Made by a program: the position numbers and the translations under genes. From the NCBI GenBank assembly GCA_964016885.1, contig OZ024742.1, positions 313,720,001 through 313,784,000 on the forward strand: 64,000 nucleotides of DNA. Reading direction: 5' to 3'. The notes beneath the pieces are model-generated. The model searched no databases, was not told the origin of the DNA, and saw nothing but the letters and a program-made list of their open reading frames with translations. Positions 12,001 through 22,736 of the stretch are shown here, in pieces; positions within the stretch are counted from its first letter, which is position 1, and the number at the start of each line of letters is the position of its first letter. This DNA comes from Eledone cirrhosa (taxonomy: Eukaryota).

Positions 12001-12178
12001 GTGCAGAGCACTAGAAGTTGATGGAAACCGCGGAGTGGGGAGACCCAAGATGACTTGGGATGAGGTGATAAAAGCCGACCTTACCCAACTACACCTCTCA
12101 AAGTCAATGACACACGACCGTGACTTCTGGCGTCACGCAGTAATACAGGGTACCCGACCTCCCATGGGTACATGCTGA
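9059..12178 (+). CDS. RTE polyprotein, 1039 aa: AP endonuclease, reverse transcriptase and PHD-type Zn finger
   Basis: [36 protein letters not shown]4HC3 finger, RLRWYGH, GRPK; no stops. Confidence 0.96.
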   Translation: MNLRATKHPREAPTQRPSPTSVDKCPKLRVGTINVGSMKGRAGEIVEMLERKEVDVCCVQETRWRGGSARVLVGKSQCYKFFWVGNDDGMGGVGILLADKWVDKVISVYRVNARIIKLRLVLNKTITTIISAYAPQSGLPDELKDRFYESLIHTTALTDDKDFLIIAGDFNGPVGKHCDGFNRVHGGHGVGTRNEEGFRLLEFCDANDMSICNTNFKKPDNHLITYRSGEHSSQLDFILIRGRDRWTVVNTKAFPSEECTSQHSLVVSDLTVRTRRALKQRPTWRRKIWKLKVPSTSNRFKDILLNAYDSKEEQIETFNVEENWEFLKNNLLEATDEVCGWSKTSSRRRVTWWWNNKVDEAVKAKRQAWKEWKNGGSRVHYIETKREARRQVYLARREAEDRKFKHVLQREDQKQEVFKIARQCVRDSCDVIGEKCIRNDKGELALTSAEKKDAWKSHYDRLLNEENAWEEETLPHVDPIEGPAVQVSGSVVSKAIRDMKIGKATGPSGIAAEMLKASGSVGHTITTRIVNQVILEGAIPKDWCSSIIVNCYKGKGDALDRGNYRGIKLMDQVMKVTERVIAQLIRDRVNIDEMQFGFVPGKGTTDALFLVRQLQEKYLAKSKPLYLAFVDLEKAFDRVPRAVIWWALRKLGVDEWLVKAVQAMYRGAVSKVRIGNEYSEEFSVQVGVHQGSVLSPLLFIIVLQAITEEFKTGCPWELLYADDLALIAESMVELENKFQTWKQGLERKGLKVNMTKTKVLISRRENRTQIPSGKWPCSVCRKGVGRNSILCPKCKQWVHKRCSGISGSLIKNVGFTCSSCAETASKQPQETSTTNLWEGPVETVDSFCYLGDRISNGGGCSESTITRVRTGWKKFRELLPLLAAKGFSLRMKGRLYDACIRTAMLHGSETWALKVEDLRRLERNEACMLRWMCNSNIRERQSINELRERLSIRGIKCCVQERRLRWYGHAMRMKDDSCIKRCRALEVDGNRGVGRPKMTWDEVIKADLTQLHLSKSMTHDRDFWRHAVIQGTRPPMGTC

Positions 12179-12483
12179 AGCATATAAACAATATGCCCCC
12201 CCCCCCCACCGCAAGGTGGTCGTGGAGGTGCCACGGCAAAAAAGCACCCAGCCCACACTGTAAAGTGGACGTGTAGGCGCCACGAAAAAGCACCCAGCAC
12301 TCACTGTAAATGAGGTTGGTGTTAGGAAGGGCATCCAGCTGTAGAAATCAAGCCAGATCAGTTCCTGTATGAGCAAGGCATGGTCAGCCGACCAGACACT
12401 GCCCACAACAGGACAACCCGTCTAACCCATGCTAGCGTGGAAGAACGGACGTAAAACGGTGATGATGATGATGATGATGATAT

Positions 12484-12785
<302 letters not shown>

Positions 12786-12802
12786 ATGATGATAATATTA
12801 GT

Positions 12803-13141
12803 GGAAGCACATGGCTTAGTGGTTAGAGCATTGGACTTGCAATCGAAAGGTTGTGAGTTCAATTCTCAGACCGGGTGATGTGCTGGTTCCTTGAGCAAGG
12901 CACTTTATTTCACATTGCTTCAGTTTACTCAGCTGTAGAAATGAGATGATAGGGACTGGGGTCCTTGTCATTCCACTGCAAAGTGGTCGTGGAGGTGCCA
13001 CGGCAAAAAAGCACCCAGCACTCACTGTAAATGAGGTTGGTGTTAGGAAGGGCATCCAGCTGTAGAAATCAAGCCAGAATCAGTTCCCGTCCCACCCTTG
13101 CAAGCAGGGAAAAGCGGACGTAAAATGATGATGATGATGAT
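12803..13141 (+). mobile_element. SINE family C (tRNA head, CORE-like domain, RTE-A-derived tail, (GAT)n)
   Basis: TGGCTTAGTGG A box, GAGTTCAATTC B box, CCTTGAGCAAGGCACTT..CAGCTGTAGAAATG core; tail matches 12210-12365. Confidence 0.88.
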
Positions 13142-13255
13142 ATATATATATGAGCGTGACACGGTCACCTGACCCAACTTGCCTCTAAATAGGACAAACC
13201 TGTCTAACCCATGCTAGCGTGGGGCATAGACATTAATCGATGATGATATACATAT

Positions 13256-13383
13256 GTAAATCAACATGGATGCAGTAAAAACCTGTTTAGACCATTTCTC
13301 AGTAGAGTATGGTAATATGAAAGACTGGAACTAGCTGTTGAAACGGTAAGATCTCAGCTGTCGGCCTTCCAACTCTTTCATAT
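13256..13383 (-). mobile_element. Naiad-related pLTR 3' fragment with inverted arm, centre deleted
   Basis: 13256-13330 is the reverse complement of the 22645-22736 tail; 13331-13383 is the forward GAAA/stem III segment. Confidence 0.7.
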
Positions 13384-14237
13384 ATAATTATATAAAAAGC
13401 AACTTTCTGATATTAAAATAGTAGCGTGTCGTTTGAGTGAGATTTGGCTGCTATTTCTTGCAATCAAGCAACCATGTACTATTCACCTCATTCACTATTT
13501 CTTCATCCACTAATTTTACCATAGCTGTTTATTTTGTGTTTTTGTCTTGACAGGATGATATTGCCTGTTTGTTTTTATATGTGATGTCTTGTCTAACAGG
13601 ATGGTTAATGGCTGAGTGATGTTTTATGGGAACTGGTTCTAATGCCATTCAGTTTCATGCTAAAATTTGACACAACTGAGATTTATATAACAACATGATT
13701 GCTGGTGACATCTTTATACCATTTATTTATTGGGTTGTTTTGTGTATTATTGTTTTTCTATAATCAAGAAATTGTTTGCCGAAACAACTTTCTATATTGA
13801 TGTCATGATTGAATTTATGGAAGATAATTATGCTAGTAGCATCATCATCATCACTGTCCTCATTACCATCACTGTCACCATCATTACAACCATCACCACC
13901 ACCACCTCTACTATCACTCCTCACCACTACCATTTGGTAGAGCTTGCATTGTTTGGACATGTCTTGCATGGTCTAATTATTCAGCACGGCTTTTAGTCAA
14001 ACAGTACACACAGTAAGAGAGAAAAACCTTCACCAGCCACTTTATAACCATAAAGATATTGTTTGTGGTAGGAATAGATAACCCTCTTTACTCTGTATAA
14101 ATTCTTGTTAAAGGTTCCTATTCTCCCAGATTAGTAGACTACAATCCAGCTTTCAGAGTTCATATTTCCTATGTTTCCCTTTTTATCTTTTGGTATATAT
14201 TTTTTACAGCTGGATGCTTTCCCTATCATCAACTACT

Positions 14238-14636
14238 TTAACCCTTTAGCATTTACATTACATTGGCAGTATCGGTAGAGGGTTGGACGCCATGCTTTGC
14301 CGCATAGAGTTACGGCCCTTGCCATTCTGAGTTCAAATCCCGTCGAGGTTAACTTTGCCTTTCATCCTTACGGGGTCGATAAAATAAAGTACCAGTAATG
14401 CACTGGGTAATTGTGGTAAAAGTAGAAACAATTACTCTATATATACTATTATATTTTCATGGTGAAGGCTTTACCTCACATAATTATCTCACATAATATC
14501 AACTCTATAAGATTTCAATATTATTTATTTTGAGAACCATACCTTAAAGTCTGTATGAGGGGCCAGTTGTGGGTAGTTTGAACAGAATGAGATGAGAGAA
14601 TTCTGACTGGATACGGCCTAAATGCTAAAGGGTTAA
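14238..14636 (+). mobile_element. piggyBac-type MITE family 1 carrying a nested SINE M (14262-14430)
   Basis: TTAA-CCCTTTAGCATTT...AAATGCTAAAGGG-TTAA; the SINE is flanked by an ATTAC duplication. Confidence 0.85.
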
Positions 14637-14704
14637 AGTGTGAGCTGGGTGTAGATTTAGTATGTTCTTTTTACCCTGTATTAGAAGTAACTGTATACTA
14701 TATA

Positions 14705-14924
14705 TGGTTTCTTATATAGGCACAAGGCCAGCAATTTTTTTGAGGGAGGGGAATGTCGATTAATTCGACCCCAGTGCGTGACTGGTACTTTATTTTTTCG
14801 ATCTCGTAAGGATGAAAGGCAAAGTTAACCTCGGCAGGATTTGAACTCGGATCATAAAGAGCCATAACTCTATGCTGCAAAGCATGGAGTCCGACCCTCT
14901 ACAGATACTGCCAATCCACCGCCC
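14705..14924 (-). mobile_element. SINE family M
   Basis: Full consensus match. Confidence 0.85.
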
Positions 14925-15164
14925 GACTGTATACTATATATCATCATCTTTGTCGTTCTATGTCCACATTTACATGCTTGCATAGATTACACATGCACAT
15001 ATATGAGTTAATGTGTATATATGTGAGTGCATATATATATTGGATTTATATGTGTGTATGTGTATGAACAATGTATGTGATGCATGTAAATGTATAGGAG
15101 TGTGCATCCTTGTGTTTGTATGACCTTTTTTTAGTTGGGGGTATATATATATATATATATATAA

Positions 15165-15445
15165 TATTATATTATAGAAGTGTTGATCATATTGCTAGGC
15201 ACCCGCCGATAAGCTACATCTACAATATGGATTCTTCACTTATTATAGCGAAACATACTCTTATTTGAGCATGTCCGCGTGTTATTGTTATAATCGAATG
15301 GTTAGTACACTTTAATATATTCTTTTTATTGATTTATATTCACCATTCCTTCCATAGGTAATATGTTCGTCACTCTGGTGGTTTTTTATCTCCTATGATT
15401 GAACACATATCTCTATGTATACTTCTCTCTATATGTTGATATATA
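15165..15445 (+). mobile_element. PLE-like fragment with degenerate hammerhead (15200-15281)
   Basis: CACCCG-CCGATAA-GCTA..TAGC-GAAA-CATACTC..GAGCATG-TC-CGCGTG between TA runs. Confidence 0.55.
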
Positions 15446-15467
15446 TCTATATATATATATATATATA

Positions 15468-15594
15468 TCAGCCAGAATCAGTTACCGTATGAGCAAAGCA
15501 TGGTCAGCCGACCGGCTACTGCCTACAACAAGACAACCCGTCTAACCCATGCTACCGTGGAAGAATGGACGTAAAATGGTGATGATGATCATGA

Positions 15595-15597
<3 letters not shown>
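15468..15597 (+). mobile_element. RTE-A extreme 3' fragment
   Basis: Matches 12350-12481. Confidence 0.85.
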
Positions 15598-15645
<48 letters not shown>

Positions 15646-15651
<6 letters not shown>

Positions 15652-15724
15652 GTTGTCAAGTATGAAATTTGTAGAAAAACAAAGTCTGTTAATGTTTTAT
15701 TCAAATTTCATACTTGACGATCCA

Positions 15725-15727
<3 letters not shown>
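15646..15727. mobile_element. 78-bp mariner-type MITE with TA flanks
   Basis: 24-bp TIRs TTGGGTTGTCAAGTATGAAATTTG (22/24 match) flanked by TA. Confidence 0.75.
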
Positions 15728-15763
<36 letters not shown>

Positions 15764-15770
15764 TATATAT

Positions 15771-15997
15771 GCAAAATGTAAATGGAAACAACAATGCAAA
15801 CAACACAGTGCAATGAAGAAATATATTTGTTTAACACTTGATATTTTAGGCAAAGTGTCTTTACATTTCAGACTCTATTCCTTCATCAGAAGATAGAATG
15901 ATAAATAAAAGATGAAATAGAAAGATAGAGAGAAGAGGAGGGAATGGAAAAAAAATTGTGAGAAAAAACACGTGAATTCAGTGAACCATTTTAGAGA
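15771..15997 (-). mobile_element. PLE-like fragment with minimal hammerhead (15858-15893)
   Basis: Reverse strand TCTT-CTGATGA-AGGAATAGAGTCT-GAAA-TG-TA-AAGA. Confidence 0.55.
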
Positions 15998-16095
15998 ATA
16001 TATATATATATAAATATATGTATATGTATATATATATATATAAATATATGTATATGTATATATATATATAATATAAATATATATGTATATGTATA

Positions 16096-17460
16096 TATAC
16101 GCAGACGACCTGACACTCATAGCGGAATCAATGGCCGAGCTAGAGAAGAAATTCCAAACATGGAAGCACGGCCTAGAGTCAAAAGGACTTAAAATTAACC
16201 TGGCTAAGACCAAAGTTCTAGTTTGTAGGAAAGAAAACAAGGCGGCGGTCCCTTCTGGGAAATGGTCGTGCTCGGTGTGTAGGAAAGGCGTAGGTAGAAA
16301 CTCCATTTTATGTCCTAAATGCAAAGTATGGGTGCATAAAAGATGTAGTGGGATCACAGGTAAGCTAACTAAGAACATAGATTTTACATGTGGCCAGTGT
16401 TCTGGTGCAATAAGTAGCAGCAAGTGCCCACAAAATACTAGCTCTTTCAATTGCGCAGAGGGTTCTATAGAAATAGTGGACAGCTTCCGTTACCTGGGCG
16501 ATAAAATCAGCAGTGGGGGAGGGTGCTCTGAAAGTACTGTAGCTAGAGTCAGAACTGGTTGGAAAAAGTTCAGAGAGCTTATACCACTATTAGCTGCTAA
16601 AGGGTTCTCCCTAAAAATGAAAGGCAGGTTGTACGATGCCTGCATACGAACAGCAATGCTGCATGGCAATGAGACCTGGGCATTGTGTGCAGAGGATATA
16701 CGCAGACTAGAGAGGAACGAAGCTTGCATGCTCCGCTGGATGTGTAACAGTAATATACGTGAACGGCAAAGCATAAACAAACTAAGGAAAAAATTAGAGA
16801 TAAGAGGGATCAGATGTTGTTTACTCGAGAGAAGGCTACGTTGGTATGGACACGTGATGCGCATGAAAGTCGATAGCTGTATAACAAAGTGCAGGGCAAT
16901 AAAGATAGACGGTAGTCACGGAATAGGCAGACCTAGAAAAACCTGGGACGAGCTGATAAACTCCGACATCACACACTTACACCTCTCCAAGACAATGTCA
17001 CTGGACCGAGACCTTTGGCGGTACTCAGTAACAGAGAAGATCCGCCTTACCTAAATATATAGTAAAACCTACTCCAGCCAGTAGGCATCTCTAACAAAAT
17101 ACACCCCGTCCCACCACCACCACCCCCACCCCATCCACACCACCCCGTTCGATGTAAAGTTATGTTGGTGCCGCGCCATCGAGGCCGAAACAAATGAGAT
17201 CGTGTAGGTGTCACGACAAAAAAACACACAGTCCACGCTGTAATGTGGCCGTGTAGGCAACACGGTAAAAACCTCCCAGACCCACACTGTAAATGTGGTT
17301 GGTGTTAGGAAGGGCATCCAACTGTAGAAAACCTGCCAGACAGTCCTATGCGAGCAAGACAATCACTCTTGCCTCAAGTGGGACTACCCCCGTCCAAACC
17401 CATGCAAGCGTGGAACACGGACGTTAAAAGTTGATGATGATGATGATGATGATGATGATG
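16096..17460 (+). mobile_element. 5'-truncated RTE subfamily B (ORF open from YADD to stop at 17054)
   Basis: Near-identical to 52494-53956; (GAT)n tail; TA flanks. Confidence 0.93.
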
Positions 17461-17777
<317 letters not shown>

Positions 17778-18127
17778 CTTTTGCATGCGTGTGGGTGTGA
17801 AATCTATATACAGAATAAAATTGATTATTATTGATCTCACCATAAATACCTTTACCTGTCAAGCTTACTGGAGCACCACAGTTTAACTTTAGGTATAGGC
17901 GTGACAAGCCTCCTACTTCAACTATAAAGATCTACAAGCAGGTGCATATCATTCTCAGAAACATGGATCTACATGCACATACACACACACTCACACACAT
18001 ATATGTATATATATATATTTATATAGATAGATAACTACATATACATAAATATACACATACATATTCATCATTATAATATATACATATGTATATCCTACCA
18101 CATTTCTCTCTACTCATATATATATAT

Positions 18128-18465
18128 GGAGGCACATGGCTTAGTGGTTAGAGCATTGGCCTTGCAATCGAAAGGTTGTGAGTTCAATTCTCAGACCGGG
18201 TGATGTGTTGTTTCCTTGGGCAAGACACTTTATATCACATTGCTCCAGTTTACTCAGCTGTAGAAATGAGATGATAGGGACTGGGGTTCATATCATTCCA
18301 CTGCAAAGTGGTCGTGGAGGTGCCACGGCAAAAAAAGCACCCAGCACTCACTGTATATGAGGTTGGTGTTAGGAAGGGCATCCAGCTGTAGAAATCAAGC
18401 CAAAATCAGTTCTCGTCCCACCTTTGCAAGCAGGGAAAAGAGGACGTAAAATGATGATGATGATG
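18128..18465 (+). mobile_element. SINE family C
   Basis: Near-identical to 12803-13141. Confidence 0.9.
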
Positions 18466-18602
18466 ATATAAGAATTTTATTTCTCGCTCTAGAACAGCTG
18501 ATACTTAAAAGTATGTATGCATACATACACACATATATATATACATATGCATATATACATATGTACATATGCATATATATACATATGTACATATGTGTTT
18601 AT

Positions 18603-18775
18603 ATCGAACATTAATAATAATGTTTGATTCGTTTGTAAACAAATGAGCCCGAAGAGAAGCTGTTCCTCAAAGCCAGTGTTGAACAAACAGGTCACGACCA
18701 GTCACTGGCAGGACACAGCTTCTAATCGGGCTCGTTTATATACAAAGGAATCGAACATTATTATTAATGTTCGAT
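18603..18775. repeat. Imperfect ~75-bp inverted repeat with self-palindromic termini
   Basis: ATCGAACATTAATAATAATGTTTGAT... pairs with ...ATCGAACATTATTATTAATGTTCGAT. Confidence 0.85.
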
Positions 18776-18806
18776 TCACAGATATGTATATATATATATG
18801 TGTGTG

Positions 18807-19409
18807 TATACGTATGCATAAATGAATTGAGAGAGAGACTGAGCATAAGAGGAATCAAATGCTGTGTGCAGGAGAGGCGGTTGCATTGGTATGGACATGT
18901 GATGTGTATGAAGGATGACAGCTGCATAAAAAGGTGCAGAGCACTAGAAGTCAATAGAAACCACGGAGGGGTGAGATCCAAGAAGACCTGGGATGAGGTG
19001 ATAAAAGCCGACCTTACCCAATTACACCTCTCAAAGGCAATGACACACGACCGTGACCTCTGGCGTCACGCAGTAATACAGAGTACCCGACCTCCCATGG
19101 GTACAAGCTGAAGCATATAGACAATATGCCCCACACCCTCCCACTGCAAAGTGGTCGTGGAGGTGCCACAGTGAAAAAGCACCCAGCCCACAATGTAAAG
19201 TGGATGTGTAGGCGCCACGGAAAAAAGCACCCAGCACTCACTGTAAATGAGGTTGGTGTTAGGAAGGGCATCCAGCTGTAGAAATCAAGCCAGATCAGTT
19301 CCTGTATGAGCAAGGCATGGTCAGCCGACTAGACACTGCCCACAACAGGACAACCCATCTAACCCATGCTAGCATGGAAGAACGGATGTAAAACGGTGAT
19401 GATGATGAT
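18807..19409 (+). mobile_element. 5'-truncated RTE subfamily A
   Basis: Matches 11866-12481. Confidence 0.92.
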
Positions 19410-19424
19410 ACTGACTTTTATATA

Positions 19425-19572
19425 TATCAGGGCTTCCTGATGATTTTTCCCGAATTAAACAGTTCTAGTCCTGTAGAAGCCATTTCTATATTAAATATTA
19501 AATAATTATACTCTGCTATGTATTGAGTACATTATTTACTGTGGTTACCCTCCGATTGAACCTGGGATAAAC
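19425..19572 (+). mobile_element. PLE-like 3' fragment with hammerhead remnant (19431-19481)
   Basis: GGCTTC-CTGATGA...TAAA-CAG..CTG-TA-GAAGCC; TA flanks. Confidence 0.6.
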
Positions 19573-19611
<39 letters not shown>

Positions 19612-19772
19612 TATACATGTATATTTCATTGTATATATATCATCATCGTTATATATATATATTTGCATATATAAGTATAAATATATATATATATGGTGAG
19701 TAATATTAAATATTACCCAGTTACAAGTATGAATATAGCTCGATGTAATATATCAAGTAAAATACAGAGCCG

Positions 19773-20332
19773 AAATAAAATGTAAATAATAATCAAAGAG
19801 TATTTAATCTTTCAAACATTTAATAACTAATGATTGTTTCATCCTAACACATGACAGGAATCCTCAGAGTTATTACAATAGTTAAATACAAATATAGGAT
19901 CTAAACTTTGCTTCAGGAACATTTGGCAGATAGATATTATGAGAGGTTAGATAAGAGCAAGCATTAATGTCTCCTATTACCAACCGTTTCGGCATGAATT
20001 TGTCCTTAGCTATATATGGACTTCACTGTACTTCATTTATCCGTAACCATATGTATTTTACTTTATTTTATTGCCTTTTATCTACTCCTATTTTTCACAT
20101 GTATTCCACCTCAGTTGCTTGATTACCTTATATAAATATTAATGCTTGCTCTTATCTAACCTCTCATAATATGTATCCTCCAAATGTTCCTGAAGCAAAG
20201 TTTAGATCCTATATTTGTATTTAACTTTTGTAATAACTCTGAAGATACCTGCCTTGTGCCAGGATGAAACCCTTGTTAGTTATTAAATATTTGAAAGATT
20301 AAATACTCTTTGATTATTGTTAACATTGTATT

Positions 20333-20333
<1 letters not shown>
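19773..20333. repeat. ~195-bp inverted repeat (19773-19968 / 20138-20333), each arm with a minimal hammerhead
   Basis: AATAACT-CTGAAGA..GAAAC-CCTT-GTT-AGTTATT at 20232-20284 (+), with a mirror at 19822-19874 (-). Confidence 0.85.
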
Positions 20334-20372
<39 letters not shown>

Positions 20373-20375
<3 letters not shown>

Positions 20376-20790
20376 CCAAAGATTAATATGGTTCGTTGAT
20401 TACTCAACGAATACAATATTACAATAGATTAGAAGCACTCAAGAGGAGATTTTCCTGGAGTTTTTTAATATTATTCAAAATGTTAATAAATGAAAAATAT
20501 TCTCATAATCAAAATATATATTTTATTATACATATTTCAAAGGTACAATGGTGTTTAAGTACGTTTTCATCAGACAAAATATGATTTGATATGTGACATA
20601 CCGCTACGGTTTTGATTATTCAATTCCAGTATTGGCAGTCAATTGAATAATCAAAACCATAGCGGTATGTCACTTATCAAATCATATTTTGTCTGATGAA
20701 AACGTACTTAAACACCATTGTACCTTTGAAATATGTATAATAAAATATATATTTTGATTATGAGAATATTTTTCATTTATTAACATTTTG

Positions 20791-20798
<8 letters not shown>
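20373..20798 (-). mobile_element. PLE-like fold-back: 158-bp near-perfect palindrome (20468-20625 / 20641-20798) plus unique tail
   Basis: Two mismatches between arms, 15-nt loop, hammerhead in each arm, TA flanks. Confidence 0.8.
20684..20748 (+). ncRNA. Minimal type I hammerhead ribozyme with intact core
   Basis: ATATTTTGT-CTGATGA-AAACGTAC..GTACCTTT-GAAA-TATGTA-TA^ATAAAATAT. Confidence 0.7.
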
Positions 20799-20820
<22 letters not shown>

Positions 20821-20822
<2 letters not shown>

Positions 20823-21065
20823 CATCATCATCATCATCATCAACGTTTAACGTCCGTGTTCCACGCTTGCATGGGTTTGGACGGGGGTAGTCCCACTTGA
20901 GGCAAGAGTGATTGTCTTGCTCGCATAGGACTGTCTGGCAGGTTTTCTACAGTTGGATGCCCTTCCTAACACCAACCACATTTACAGTGTGGGTCTGGGA
21001 GGTTTTTACCGTGTTGCCTACACGGCCACATTACAGCGTGGACTGTGTGTTTTTTTGTCGTGACA
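20821..21065 (-). mobile_element. RTE-B 3' UTR fragment
   Basis: Reverse complement of 17209-17460. Confidence 0.9.
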
Positions 21066-21150
21066 TATATATATAATTACATAATACATAGCTTTGTACT
21101 ATACATAGAGCACTCTTCTTTCCTTTACCTTTTCTATGGAAATACTTAAG

Positions 21151-21187
<37 letters not shown>

Positions 21188-21209
21188 CACATTCATACAC
21201 AGAAACACA

Positions 21210-21249
21210 TATATAAAATGAGTAGGTTTTACTTTTCAAATTGCCAGAT

Positions 21250-21309
<60 letters not shown>

Positions 21310-21401
21310 TTCTCTCTCTCTCTATATATATATACATACACAGCACACACACACAGACACATATATAAAATGAGTGTTTTACTTTTCAAATTGTCAGATC
21401 C

Positions 21402-21454
<53 letters not shown>

Positions 21455-21632
21455 CATATATATACAGACACATATATGAAATGAGTATGTTTTACTTTTC
21501 AAATTGTCAGATCCTTCTATATATCATTTCATTTTATATATATATATATATATATTTCATATATATATATATATACATACACACACACATATATAAAATT
21601 AGTGTTTTACTTTTCAATTTGTCAGATTCTTC
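21210..21632 (+). repeat. Four copies of a ~43-bp unit separated by different microsatellites
   Basis: ATATAAAATGAGTGTTTTACTTTTCAAATTGTCAGATCCTTCT at ~21210, 21361, 21472 and 21590. Confidence 0.85.
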
Positions 21633-21885
21633 TGCCACCATTTCACCATTATTCCCACCATAGTACCACTAAGTAATCATTGATGCTAACAGCAGTAGCT
21701 GCTCAGTACACCAGTGTGATTGTAACTGTGTAACTGATATGGAAATGGTGAGGCAATATTGTTACACTAAGATCTCAGTCAGGTGAATACATTATTGATT
21801 TCACTTTGTTTTTGTCTTAGTATAGTATATTTGCTGTTTGCTATCTTGACATCTTCTGTCAAAAAGACAATCTGATTGGATTCAT

Positions 21886-22308
21886 GGGGGGGGGGGGGGG
21901 GCAGTGTCAGAGAGAGTGAGGAAGAAGAGTGTGTGGGGAAGAGAGAGTGGGAGAGAGATAAATAGGAATAAAGAGAGAGAAGGGAGGAGGAGAGAGTGAG
22001 GGACAGGGGAGAGAGAGAGAGTGTGAGAATAAGAAAGATAGAAATAGGTGGAGAGAGGGAAGAAAGAGTTAGGTGGGGAGGGGGGAGAGTGAGAGGAGGG
22101 AGGGAAGAAAGGGGGAGGGGGAGAGAGTGAGGGGGAGGGAGAGAGAAGGGAGACAGTGACAATGAAAATGAGGGATAAAGACAGGGAGGGTGAAAGAGAT
22201 AAAGAGAGAGAGAGAGAGTGAGGGAGAGAGAGAAAGTGATAATGAGAAAGAGAGGTAAAGAGAGAGAGGGGGAGAGTGAGAGGGGATAGTGAGAGAGAGA
22301 AAGAGAGA
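21886..22308 (+). repeat. G-run followed by a ~400-bp GA-rich polypurine tract
   Basis: Directly visible. Confidence 0.9.
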
Positions 22309-22595
22309 GTTGATTACCTCTCTGTGCAGTGTATTTTATTGTGTTTGTTATTCTCATATAATGTAAGGAAGTCATAGATTTGGGCAATTTTTCTTCATTA
22401 ATATGCATTAGTGTTTGTGTATCTATTCATGTATATGTCTATATGTATGTATATGCCTGTGTGTGTGTTTATATACACACACACATACGCATAGGCATGC
22501 GCAAACATATAAACATATACATGACTATATGCATGTGCATATATATATATATATATGCATATATATATATATAGATAGAGAGAGAGAGAGAGAGT

Positions 22596-22736
22596 TCGTA
22601 ACTAGCTGTTGAAACAGCAAGAGCTCGACCATCGGGTTTCCGACTCTTTCATATTACCACACTCTACTACCCTAAGTATCGAGTACTCTGGTGAGTAATG
22701 GTCTGACAGGTTTTTACTGCATCCATTTTGATTTGT
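22596..22736 (+). mobile_element. Older Naiad-related pLTR 3' end
   Basis: TAGCTGTTGAAACAGC..GAGCTC and CACTCTACTACCCTAAGTATCGAGTACTCTGGTG align with 54934-55040. Confidence 0.75.

Larger units (their letters stand above)
8342..12481 (+). mobile_element. Full-length RTE-clade LINE (subfamily A) inserted in (TA)n, with (GAT)n tail
   Basis: Single APE+RT ORF, ~300-bp 3' UTR, GAT tail, TA on both flanks. The 5' boundary is inferred from the end of the TA run. Confidence 0.9.

Noticed and set aside
10933-12048. Antisense ORFs over RTE copies (also 15875-16864 and 52025-53170)
   Set aside because: Shadow frames of the RT coding strand with no recognisable domains.
12803-12875. tRNA gene candidates at SINE heads
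   Set aside because: A and B boxes are present but continue into SINE core and LINE-derived tails, and a full cloverleaf is not supported.
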